Assembly: GCA_051362555.1 (NCBI GenBank)
Contig: CM120646.1
Coordinates: 10,974,001 to 11,038,000 of the forward strand
DNA: 64,000 bases
Direction of reading: 5' to 3'
Source: Lingula anatina
Taxonomy: Eukaryota; Animalia; Brachiopoda
Of the stretch, positions 1 to 12,296 are shown piece by piece (positions within the stretch are counted from its first letter, which is position 1; each line of letters begins with the position of its first letter). The position numbers and the translations under genes were made by a program. The notes under the pieces were generated by a model. It was not told the DNA's origin and searched no databases. It saw nothing but the letters and a program-made list of their open reading frames with translations.

Positions 1-269
1 CAAGGTTGCTTTGATAGATGTCAGTCACATATACCAGAACTGGTTTATCTCAAGCTTTTTATAAACATACAGAGAGAATTAATTTAGTGTAACTGTGTTA
101 TATAAACAGATTTAATTTGAAAATCTTGAAAAAGAAAAATAAAATTCGTAGTTCAATTCATAAGTCACTGAAGAGGCGGAGACTTAATCATTGTGGTGGA
201 AAAGACGACAAATGTTATTCTCATAGAAGCCAGGGATTCTTATTTCATTTCTGTTTATTGATTTTCTAG

Positions 270-3200
270 GTGGTCGTGGTGGAGGTAGAGGAGGCGGAAG
301 AGGTTAGTAGCTTTATTGACTGAAATTTCATACAGAATGCTGGCAGGCAGAAGTAGTAGTGTACTTTCATAGCATAAGATATTCAGAGGAGAGAAGTTAG
401 TGGAAATGAAGTAATGGAAATATTAACATAATGAAGCATTGGTTTTTGGGGTAGAAAAATAAGATCATCACTCAAGCTAGTATTGATTGTTTAAGTAGGT
501 GCTGAATACAATTAACTTAAAGTGAGATGTATTTGACTTTTCGTTTTTGTTATTGTTGCTGTTATTAAAAAAAGTTTATTCAAAGGAAAGAAAAGGAGGC
601 AAAGTCTCAATAACATTATGTGCTATTGTTTGGGAAATCAGTTAAAAAATTACTTCTTTAAAAGGAAAATCTTTACCACAAAGCATATTATTTTATCATG
701 TAATTTTATAATGTCACATTATAATTTACGTAATTGTGCTACTGACATTAGAGGTGTAAAATATATATAAAGTGTTTTATCATGAAATTAAAATGCTTTA
801 AGTTAATTGATTTTTTGGTCTAACATCTATGTTATCGATGTTATTTTGATTAACAGGTGGCTTTGGTGCTGGCAAAAAGACAGTTGTTGAGCCCCACAGA
901 CATGCAGGTAAATACAGAGTTACTTCTGATAAGTTATGACTGCTGAAATGAGCACAGAAAATACCAGCTTATGTGTTTATTGTCTTATTAACAATGGATA
1001 AGTTATGCTTGAAATATGAGAATTCAAGTAGAAAACATGAAGTTAATGATTGAATGAAAAAGAAAACAGAACATGAAATTAAAAAATTATTTTTCTGTCC
1101 ACATAATTGTAAGAGATAGAAATTTGTCATTTTATTAAATGAATGAATGACTTATATTAATTTTATTATTTTGCCCCCCCTTCCCCTCTTTGAAAATGAA
1201 AAAAGGAAAATTGTAGAAGTGATCATAGTTCCATAGCATTAATCTATTTCTTGTATTCGACTGATTTCTGTTTTTAGGTGTGTTTATATCTCGTGGAAAA
1301 GAGGATGTTCTTGTATTTGACTGAATCCTGTTTTTAGGTGTGTTTATATCTCGCGGAAAAGAGGATGTTCTTGTATTCGACTGATTTCTGTTTTTAGGTG
1401 TGTTTATATCTCGTGGAAAAGAGGATGTTCTTGTCACAAAAAACATGGTGTCAGGAGAGTCTGTCTATGGAGAGAAGAGGATAAGTGTAGATGTAAGTTG
1501 AAATGGTTTATTAGTGCTTTAATTATTGTTTTATATAAAGGTGTATTTAAGAAAAAGGTATCATTATAACTGCCTCTTTTGAAACTTCACTAGAGTGGGT
1601 GATTGTTTGAAATTTATTTGCTAGTAAAATGATCTCAAAAACAATAGTTCTATACATATTGTTGATTCAGTGTCAGTAGATTTTAAAGCATTCCAAATTA
1701 GCTTGGATTCATTTAGCTTGTTGTCCTAAGTCTTTTTAGAAATTAAACTATCAATTTAATGTAATAAAAGTTAAGTTTATATTCTCTTGCAAGACCCATT
1801 TCTAAGCTGTCTTAAATTCACATGGAGGTTTTGAAATTATTTGAAGCTCACATAAATGCAAAGGAAGTAATGCATGCTATCAGTAATCACTGTACCTCAG
1901 GTTGTCAAAATCAATCTGTAATGAATTTTTTGTAACATTAAAACCATTCAATTTCAGTTGGATGATGGGTCAAAGCTGGAATACAGAGCATGGAATCCTT
2001 TCCGTTCAAAGCTGGCAGCCGCCATTTTGGGTGGTGTTGAGCAGATCCACATTAAGCCAGGCAGTAAAGTGCTTTACCTGGGTGCTGCATCAGGCACCAC
2101 AGTCAGCCATGTGTCAGATATAGTAGGGCCTGTAAGTCTGCATGACATTGATATGATTATTTAAAAATAATGAAGGATCTTTTTTGAGTTTGCAATATGA
2201 TAATTATAAAGGCTGATTGAGCACTAAGTGATTCTATTTTTTGGCTTTAAGGCTCTCTATACCTCAAAGCTCAATTACATGTTACAGTGTAATTTAGCAC
2301 TATAGTCTATACACCTTACAGAATGGTGAAAGCAATTACACACTATTTTTGTGGCACAACTTGCCACTGCTTAGGATTAAATTTACGTTACTTTTGTAAG
2401 ACTGCTTACTGTTTTCTTGTCATAAAGGAAGGAGTTGTGTATGCGGTTGAGTTTTCACACAGAAGTGGCAGAGACCTAATCAATGTGGCCAAAAAGAGGA
2501 CAAATGTTATACCCATCATAGAAGATGCCAGGCACCCTCACAAATACAGGATGCTGGTTGGTAAGTTTCTTTGCCAAGAATCTGTGATTGTGCTAGGATC
2601 CAGAGTCGTGTTAAAACTGATTAAAATTTTTTTAAGTGCCTAAAGTTTATCTGTTTTTTAGTGAGGGTGTTTGCTTTGTCTTAGGTATGTTGCACTTACC
2701 CTTATTCCACCATTGATTTTTGCACAATGATATAAGGAAAATTTACGTAATAAATGTTGGTGGGGGGGGGGGGGGGGGGGGGGGGTTGAGTCCCAAGTCT
2801 GAGTACTTAGGTGAACGTATTCTGCTAATTTTAGTATCTTACCAAATATATAAACTTTATGTACTTCTTTCTCTATCTTTCAGGTATGGTGGACACAATC
2901 TTTGCTGATGTTGCACAGCCAGATCAGGCACGTATTGTGGCCATTAATGCACATCACTTTCTCAAGAATGAAGGACACATTGTAATTTCCATAAAGGTAG
3001 GTGCAAAGATTTTATAACTCGGAGTCCAGTTTTTGCTATGGTGTGTTTTAACAAAGTCACGTGATATTTGTGTCCTGATTTTTAAAAATTTTTATATGTA
3101 ACTTATCACCAACTTTTCTGTCTCAACTTGGTGAGCATTGATGAATTATTTTCCATGTTATACAGAGACCCTATGAGACTGCAGCTAGGTTGACGTAAGA

Positions 3201-3770
3201 TTAAGCTACATGAATGTGTTTTACTAAAAATGGCATTCAATGGTTCTTCCAGGCAAACTGCATCGATTCTACAGCCAAACCTGAAGCAGTGTTTGCTGGA
3301 GAGTGCAACAAATTGAAAGCTGAGAAAATCAAGCCACAGGAACAGTTGACACTGGAACCGTATGAGCGAGATCATGCAGTAGTGGTAGGGGTATACAGGT
3401 GAGGTGTTTGATTTCTTTTAAAATTATTGTAACTGCTTTTCTTTGTAACCTTAGTTTCAGACTTGTTTATTAAGTTCCCATTTATTTCACCATATAGCCA
3501 TCCATTAACTATGCACATGTGGTGATTTGAAAATGAAAAATTGGGCCCCTTTGAAACTGAAGCACATGGTACTCAAAATGTGAAATATTTTCAGCTTTTA
3601 TGTATTTAATATTTTGAATTTTTCTGCATTTATGAATAAATGACAAATTAATTTTTGCAAAGACCTCTTTGCACTGCTGTGTTTTTATGATATTGAAAAC
3701 ATATAAAACACAGTACAGTTTGATATTTCTATTTAAACCATATTTCAGGCCTCCTCCCAAAAATAAATAG
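270..3770 (+). CDS. FBL: Fibrillarin (box C/D snoRNP 2'-O-methyltransferase), 5'-partial. Exons 270-302, 857-907, 1398-1492, 1958-2131, 2428-2560, 2884-2996, 3253-3398, 3749-3770 (TAG)
   Basis: The spliced translation reads [11 protein letters not shown] (end of the GAR domain), [148 protein letters not shown]. All introns are GT-AG with matching phases. The start codon lies upstream of the window. Confidence 0.97.
1248..1434 (+). repeat. Three tandem copies of a 60-bp unit spanning a fibrillarin intron/exon junction
   Basis: The unit is ttcttgtattcgactgatttctgtttttag|gtgtgtttatatctcgtggaaaagaggatg. Copies 1 and 3 are identical and copy 2 has 4 substitutions. A 7-bp microhomology, ttcttgt, bounds the units. 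Confidence 0.97.
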
Positions 3771-3796
3771 GATGTGAAGAGAGACTGTGTTCTGTA

Positions 3797-3802
3797 AATA
3801 AA
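3797..3802 (+). promoter_or_regulatory. Candidate fibrillarin polyadenylation signal (AATAAA)
   Basis: AATAAA begins 27 nt after the stop codon. More distal signals such as ATTAAA near 4372 could be used instead. Confidence 0.35.
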
Positions 3803-4895
3803 AGATGATTCATCTCTGAGGGTTCGAACAGAAACCACAGGAGACCCTTGTAGAAAAGAGACATACTGCCTTGACTTGGAAGTATCACTGGGAAATGGTG
3901 ATGTCTAAAAACATACCATTAAAGGATTGTGCCAGTGTGGACCTACTTGTACTGAACTCCAAGTCAAACATCCTGTGGTTAATATCTATTCTTTTATGTC
4001 TGAAACAAAGGACTGGAATATTAGGCACAGGTTGGGAGGTTTTGTGACCTTGCTATGAGAAGGGGTTTTTCACTTGGGGAAAGTGGAGTCTTGCAGGAAT
4101 TTACAAGTTATTGACTTAACAAAGCAGTCATTTTAGAAGATAGTTTAGATTAAGGATGATGCTCTTAGTGGAGGTATGCAAAAGCAAGAAGCAACTTGGT
4201 AATATTTTTTAGAAAATTGTTGATATCTATTTTTAAAGAACATCAAAAGTGTTTTATGAATAATTGAAATACACAACAAGAATACATTTGAAAATAATGA
4301 GTTGTTAGAGAGCTAGCTGACACATTGTATAATATGCTTCATTTCTTACATATTCTTTTCTGTACAAGCAAATTAAAAGGAAGTGTATTTAATATCGATG
4401 TTCATTATTATTTAAACATTGCCGCATACAGTGTAATGTTGCTATAGAACCTTGAAATTAGAACCGTAAAAATTGTGGGAATATTTATGTGGATAAATTG
4501 AGAATAGTGTCACTGATTTTTGTAATTTGGAAAGAAATGAAACTCACCATTATGTTACCCTATTGGACTTTTTTTCCATCAGTTTGAGCATTTTATGAAA
4601 AATTGTTTCATTTCTGAGTTTTTTTTTTTCAGTCATTACATGCAGTCATTACTTGATTCAATATCGTAAAGGAGCACTGATCTAATATTTTGAAAAGATT
4701 GTTTTATATTAATCTTAGAATGTAATATAAGTACCAAACAAATGATACTAAATGCATTTTTTCAACTGTAATTCTTGTTATAATGTATTGTAGTATGCAA
4801 AAAGGTCCAAGCGCCAAAACAAACAACTGCAGTAATGATAAACTATAATTTAATTTATTTGTTTAGATCTCCCCCTTTTAATATTATTATTACTC

Positions 4896-4926
<31 letters not shown>

Positions 4927-5219
4927 CATTTGAATGAAAAAAAACCAAGCACTTACTTTAAAGCTAATTTAATCCACCCGTGGACACCATAAGCATTTTC
5001 AATAGAATCACTTGTATCATTCCAAGTTTTTATTTTTATAATGAGAAAGTTTTTTTTTTTTTTTCACAATGAGAGCATTATGTTTCACTTTAAAAAATTA
5101 AAAACGTATATGTTTTGGCCTAGGAAAAAAGACAGTTCCTATCATTTCTTGACTAAAACACAATCAGACATTACCTAAATACAAAAGTCGAGAAGCTATT
5201 CTCCACTAACACAATGCAT

Positions 5220-6520
5220 TCATCCGGGCCTTTTGCATTCCAAAGCTATGACATCATAGCGTCATCCGGGATTTCGCGCCAAAAGTGATTGACATCGTCA
5301 TAGCGACAGGCCACACGCGTCATTTGAATAAAAACGTTCGGATTTCGGCCATATTTGAGCCGAAGGTTGCCGAGCTCATTTTTCCAATAATTTTGGGGAA
5401 TCAGGTCAAACTTGTGACCTAATTATTACGAACGAAGATGTTAAAAGGTACATACCAACCTTCAAAGACTATACTAGGACTGTGAAGCAGATTTTGAAGA
5501 ACATTTTCCAGCGAGAAGTGGGGGATTCAAATTGAAATTTTGCGCGCCATTTTTGGGGTTTTCCACGTTGATATCAGCTGTACCTAGATAATTAGGTCAC
5601 GTTTGTAAGGATCGTGGGTACTCGGAAGGATCAAAATTGGTATACATAGGATCTTGGATACATATACTAAAGGAGGTGAGTGATGAAATGACTAAGAAAT
5701 AGGACACGATCATTATAATATTCATTCGAATGCAGGGTCCCCTTTCACTCCAATACACAGCCATATTGGATTTCCAGCTTCCCACGCTTAAATCAGACCC
5801 ATATTTTTGATCGCTACACACCCAATACATCTGTTATGTTATATGATCTGGTTCCAGGTAATATATTAACGCCGAAATTATTTCGTTAGTGAAACTCAGA
5901 CTCGGGAATGTCTCAGAGACTGTGTTTGAAAATTCTTGTTTTGGTCCCGTTCCCACCTCCATTTTGAATGTTCACATGATGATGTCGAGGTCATGGTCGT
6001 TTCTTTATTTACATTGGATTTGAGGCTGGACTAATCTCCAAAATTACGCCACTAAGAAACTTAAACCAACTTTCTGACAATATCTGATGCTTTTGTAAAT
6101 ATATTCGAGATGATTTGATGAGAATTTCATTGAGAAAATGCTTATGTTTTGACAGACGGCCATTTTCAATCTCGCTTCACTTGATGTCTATCTGCAGCGA
6201 AGTCTGTTGAGGAAAACGTTCATTTTGGTGGCACTTTTAATAAATTCACACACATACGCTATGTCATTCGAATGAAGGAAATGCATAAATTCACATTTTG
6301 ATATTTATTCGGAGCAGCGTGTACATTTCTAGGTCAAAACGTGGTTTTGTTTTGAATGATCAGCTGTCCACGATTGCCTCTCAACACTAAAAGTGATGAC
6401 GTCACACCGTGTCCTCCATATTGGTTTTCACGTCGATGGCAGGTGCCCGTTTTATAACCTTCGCTTTGTTTCTTTGTGAATTCGGTTCTTAGTAAAGGAC
6501 TTGTTTTTGGACGTTCGATT
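5220..6520. promoter_or_regulatory. CpG-enriched promoter region, probably of the DYRK1 gene
   Basis: CpG density rises abruptly against the CpG-poor flanks. It contains E2F-like TTTCGCGCCAAAA (5272-5284) and TTTTGCGCGCC (5538-5548), CHR-like TTTGAA (5323-5328), YY1-like GCCATnTT motifs (about 5348, 5546, 5760, 6159) and a CRE palindrome TGACGTCA (6397-6404). Assignment to DYRK1 is inferred from position. Confidence 0.6.
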
Positions 6521-9500
6521 TCTTTCTATTTGTATTAAATACTTGGGATATGCCCTTGTGTAATATCATAATTTAAACAGGATGAGCAAGAAACAAAGGA
6601 ATACTAGTAGAAATAGTCTGTATAAAAGACGGTTTTGTATTTCACTGTTAAATCTGAGAAATCTTTTTCATTCAGTTGGGAAGTGGGGTTATTGGTTGTA
6701 TGACATGTGAAAAAAAACATGAATTCAAATCGTGTGTGAAAATCAAATATTTTTCCATTGCGAAAGCCCACCATGATGAAAATTTTAATGCTAAACCAAA
6801 TTGCTGTTACTATGTAATCAAAATTAAAAGAAGTGTCACCAAAACAAAGTCTCATGGCAAGGTGAACTTCAATCCAGCCCCTCTTCCTTACATAAGTAAA
6901 GTTCTCCAAATAACCCAACAGCCATCAACATGTCAATGGAATTAAATTTCTGAATAAAACTAAATCCTAACTACTTTCTGTTCTGTAGCTAGAGTAAAGT
7001 CTAGCTCATATTTCATAAAGTCATCCTCCTGCATTTGCTTGGGTTTAGTCAAATCTCAAATCCCAGGCGTATGCCTAAATATAGTAATATTGGGATACAT
7101 TTGCACATAGTGCTCTTCTGGCTTTTCCAAAAGATGGCAATCACCAGCCAGACATTGTTACATCACTTGTCAAGAGTAAGTCAGATAATCAAGATAAACG
7201 AGACAGTGTACTATGGCAAATTGAGAGTGTTTCTACTCTAGGAAGGACCTGGGGCATTGGTTTCAGCTGCTGTAAATTATATTTGCTGGTAATGAGCCTG
7301 TGAACAAAGTGCATCAGTGTTGATGAAGTGGGGAATTTGGACTGCATTGTGTCAAGTTCTGCCTTTCTGATAAAGAACAGATAGACCTGTTTTGTCTTTT
7401 TTAAAACTTAAATGTATTTATTTGCATGTAATTTTTGTATTATGTCCACCAGTGAGAATACTGGTGGTGCTCATTCGCCCTGACCTCCCTCATTTCATAA
7501 CTGAAATAAATATATTCATTCATTTATTTTAGCACCAATGTATACATATTTACAGTATCTCATTATCTGTGGCCTAACAAGTAGGATTTGTGTTCATGAC
7601 AAGAACAATATGACCGTTTTGTGTCTGCACTCAGATCAAAGTGCTGGTATAGGAAATTATTAGTATTATATTATTTTTATTTTTATTATTATTATTTTGG
7701 TCTGATTTTGATAATGACACCATATCAGTTTAGTTAAATCATTTGTGCATGCTGTTATTTGACATGAAAACCATTTGAAGAAAAATGTATCGTCATTACA
7801 TTTTGTAAGAAGTGAAGCAGTTTAGTAGTAAATAAGAGATTCGATTTCATATCATGTGCACAAGATTCAAGGGTACGTCTTATTTGACATTTCTGCTATC
7901 ATTTGATAGAAATCTACTCCTAGTTTATTGCCTTAATTGGACACTTAGAAGTCATGTGACCAGAGCAACCCAAACAAAGTCGACCTTTTCACCCTGCAGG
8001 AAGGTCAGACATTTGTTCCGTGTTGATCTAGAGGCCAAGACTATAGGTTTTGACAATAAATGCCCTGTGCTGAAATAACAATTGTGTATTTTCTTCTACC
8101 CAGCAGGGTCATCACTGTTTTTCTGTCAGTTATACATGTTTTGTGGCCATGGTTGAATCAAACGGGCATTGATGAGCTAGTTTTTGAGTGCATCTGTCTA
8201 TAAATAATATTTATATTCCACTGTACATAAAGTTCTGTAATGCTAGCCCATTTAGATGGCGTTAATGTATTGCACACTGGAAATGAAGGTTGTCTGGCAG
8301 TGGAGCATCAATACCTGTTTTGTAGTCTGGCAGGCTTATTAGCAGCCTGCACAGTCCCCGGAGTAAAGGGTTACTGCTAGAAATACCCCCTTTCCGCTCT
8401 TTTCTTATAGCTGAGCCATTGCTTTAGTCAAATTGGTATCATTTTTGTTTAAAGAAGACATGTAAGTGTTTTCCTTGATATCACCTTGACTGTGGCAGTT
8501 GTGCAGGTGAATTTGCGTTTTTTCTTCTGTGATTCCATACTTATTTTTAAAAATAATTTTTCCATTATGGATCCATCACTTAAAAACATGAAAAAAAAAA
8601 AAAATAATAATGCAGTGGTGTTTAAATGTGGAACGGGTGAATCTGAAAAGAACTGAGGATGATTTTTATGATAGTCTCTTTGATAAAATACTTATTTTTG
8701 TATTGCATTTAAAGAATTGATATTATGATCATGACCTTTGAGTAGAAAGGAGAAAAGTCTGGACATGTAAAAGGGTTATAGAGGTGTGTGAAAACATACC
8801 AAACCAAAATACTTGCAAGGTAAAGAAAGACAAATTCTTGATTTTTAAATATATACCACCCCTTTGATGAATGCTTTATTACTTCAATATAAGTACTTAA
8901 TGTCAGTCTCTGCTCCTAACTGAACCATCTGGTGCTTAAGGCTTGTTTAAGACATGTCTTTTTGTGATGCAATGGCTTTTACTCAAGTCTAGATTAATGG
9001 CTTCTCACTTCATGGACATTTATTGCATGACCATTACATGTCCGGGCAGCTGTCGTCGGAAACTGCTGCTGAGGATTGAACATTAAAACCTGTGCAAAGT
9101 GGGCGTGAACATTTTTTTTTATATAAAGAGAGTTAAAGGGATGCTCACAAAAAGACCAACTTGAATTTAACATTCAAGCCCATGTAAAAATAATCCAGGT
9201 CAATTACTCATTTTTATTTTCTGATCTATTTAAATATTTTTTGTGTCAACCTTGAATTAATTCTGATAAATTGTTTGCACGGTTGAATAAAGGTTGCTTT
9301 GTTGTGAATGAAGGTTTTAATAAGGCAAGGTTGACATCATTGTCAGTGTTTAGAGAAAAAACCCTGTTAGAGTTGTGGCATGAAGATGCCTTCTGTAACT
9401 GCACTAGGAATCTTTCCTTTATTCATGATCTAGAGTCCAAAGTCCACAACTGGGCCTGCATAATAAGTAGGTGTATTTTATCTTTGTCCTCTCCCTGAAA

Positions 9501-12261
9501 ATTCTTGAACCATTCTCTGGGCGCCAGCTGTCTGTGCTTATATCAAGCCATGGATCATTTATTAGGATGCATCTGATTGGTTTAGTCTTCATAGATCTCA
9601 TCAGACTTGGAGGGATTTTCAACCAATTATGGCATGACAAACAAACGGGCTTTGGCAGTTTCCAGACACAGTCTGTTATTATGCATTACTCTCTCTCATC
9701 CCTATCTGCGTTGCCATCAAGTGTTGCTGCCCAAGTCTGATTATTATGCCTGCCCAAGTTCTATATGCCATTGAGGACATACTTCCAGGACTATAACAGT
9801 TAGATTATAAATTATGTCGCACAATCTTGCTGACCTTCAACAGCACTAGTTGTAGAGGAATATTAAGGCAGTTGGTTTGAACCAAACCAAGGAGGGTTAA
9901 GTTAACTCTCTGTCTGTTTTTAAGGACTTAAAGCTTTTAGGTGGAGCAGGAGGAAGAGAAGAGATTCACCTTTAACTAGGGCAGACACCGGTGACATCAC
10001 TCAAGCTGGGAAGATCTACAGGCACGGTTGTTGTACCCAAGTCGAGGAACTATCCTAAGGGACTTCTCAGATACTTTTGTAATTTGAGATTCCCTATTAA
10101 TTTCTATCCCATTTTGATAACCAGACATAGTGGGAGATTTAAACTATTAACTGTGGATATAGGACAGTTTGATCAGTTTGTCTGGTGGATTTTTCATTGA
10201 GCCACCATAAGGACTACAGTAATAATTATCATAGAAGGCATTTGTCCCTTTTGGAAACTAGGACAAAAAGAAGGATATTTTAGGGATTTATAAACATTTT
10301 AGTTTCATCCTTATCCACTGGAGCTGCAAGTTGTTCCATCCAGTTTGTGATAAAAAGCTACTGGGAATGATACAAGTTATGGATAATACCAAGAGCTAGT
10401 GCTGCTGATTTTCTTACAGAGATGCACGAAGCTAGAGAACTCACTCAGTGCAGAAGTCACAGCAGTGATCAGTGAGCTGTCAAATACGCGCAGCCTACCT
10501 GTTTCTCTCCCTTCCAGTCTCTTCCTATTTGCGTTGACTTGTTTTTCATTCACAAATTGAACGTTTCCATTCACAAAGTGAATGTATTGTACATATTAGA
10601 GAGAGTGCTACTGTGAGATCGCTATCAGAGTCCGCTCTCTCTCTCTCTCTTTCACCTCTCTTGCTGTGGGTTGGTTCGGCACCTTTGTAAACATTTTGTT
10701 ATCACAGTTCCTGAGGACAGGTACAAATAGAGGTCGTCATGACAACCATCTGTGCTGCATTAAATAGGATGCGATAGATAAATCACAATTCTTCATCTGT
10801 TCTGCCAAGTCGACCAGTCTTGTTTTTGATGCTGAAATAAGTTAACGCAGCTAAGAAAAACCACTGAAAGGGAAAACCATTGAAAATTTTACATTGATCA
10901 CAAAATTGACATCACATCGTATTTGGAGAACATTAGTGATCTGTTTTAACCAGTTAAATTTCTGATAGGAGAGTTTTATGCTGAGAGACGTACCGCCATA
11001 AGGTGTGAAGGGTCAAGTGAGGATAGAACTGGTACAGAAGCCTTTCTCTAGTTAATCACTTGAGAGAGGGAGAAGTAGAGCTAATCAGAGACGGCCTAGA
11101 AAATTCAAGGTTGTTTATGGGCTGGTGTGCAATTACTGCAAGCACATGGAACAGCAGTGAGTCAAATACGGACAAGAATAAAAATTTGAGTAGTTCCTGT
11201 GCAAAAGTTTATTTCAAGCGGACAATAAGACAGTGAAGAAGGACCTGTAATATTTTGTGGACAATAAGTTATTACTGCTAAAAGAGAGAGCTACATATTT
11301 TGACTGGAAGTGCAAAGAAGCTTTTGGGGGAAATATAGCCCCTAACAAATTGCTGTCCTTAAAATAAAAGGGGAAAAACGGAGTAAGCTGAAAGCTTATC
11401 AGTTAAAACAGACCATAAGGCAGAACGAAATGAGGCAAGGAGAAAAGATTACAATATCACACATGTCTCCTAACATTCATTTCATTTCCTTGGAATAGGT
11501 ATTAATTGGCTTGAAATTACAGTAGAAGTGTGCAAAAAAGCAAGCGGCACACTCTTGTGGACTCCAGTTTCCAAGCACACTACTGCCTTCTACCAACGCA
11601 ACACCTGAGTGAGCGAGTGTGCGTACTAGCCATTTTATTCTCCAAGCTGGCAAGTACCATAACATAACATAGATGTATCATACCTGGGGCGCTTTTTGTG
11701 ATGCAACAGCTCTCACTCCGTGAGCAATATATCTCACACTGTGTCAGAGGCAGGTGTGGAACTCCATATAACACTTATAATTCCATCTCCGAGATCCCAG
11801 TACCAAAATAGAACCTTTGTGTGTGTGAGTGTGGCAGGTGCTGGGAGAAGACCACGCACTGTCAGGGCTGTGGAGGTGAAAAACACTTCCCTGAAGCTGT
11901 ATTGATAATATTTGCGTGTCCTCATACCTGTTTGTGGCGCTGAAGGTCACCTGTAGAGCCCTGAAGGTGGATGGTTATGATCGCTTCCTGGATTGTCCGC
12001 ATATTCTTCTGGAGATTGTTGATAAGCATAACCTAAACTTTGAAAGAGAAATAGACCCTCTCAGGTCCAGTTAATACCTCCAGGTATTTTGTTGTGTATA
12101 GAACCCAGTTCATTTGCACTTACAGACTCCAAAGAATTACAAGGTTTTCTGGAATACACATCAGGGGAATTAGGAAAGAAGTTTTAACTATACATTATTT
12201 AATAACCAAGTCACGGAAGGGACATAACAATATCCAGTGTAAGCTGAGAGATCAGTCCGTT

Positions 12262-12296
12262 CATTCATTCATTCATTCATTCATTCATTCATTCAT
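12262..12296. repeat. (CATT)n microsatellite
   Basis: Directly visible tetranucleotide run. Confidence 0.9.

Noticed and set aside
1135-1446. 103-aa minus-strand ORF with a 20-aa repeat
   Set aside because: It is the antisense reading of the 60-bp triplication.
3131-3217. Possible intronic box C/D snoRNA in fibrillarin (TTGATGA...ATGA, 4-bp stem)
   Set aside because: The D box is non-canonical and no clear rRNA antisense element was found. A snoscan or Infernal search is needed before claiming it.
3515-3568. GTGATTT...CTGA flanked by CATGTG/CACATG in the last fibrillarin intron
   Set aside because: It is too short (about 50 nt) and the C box is poor.
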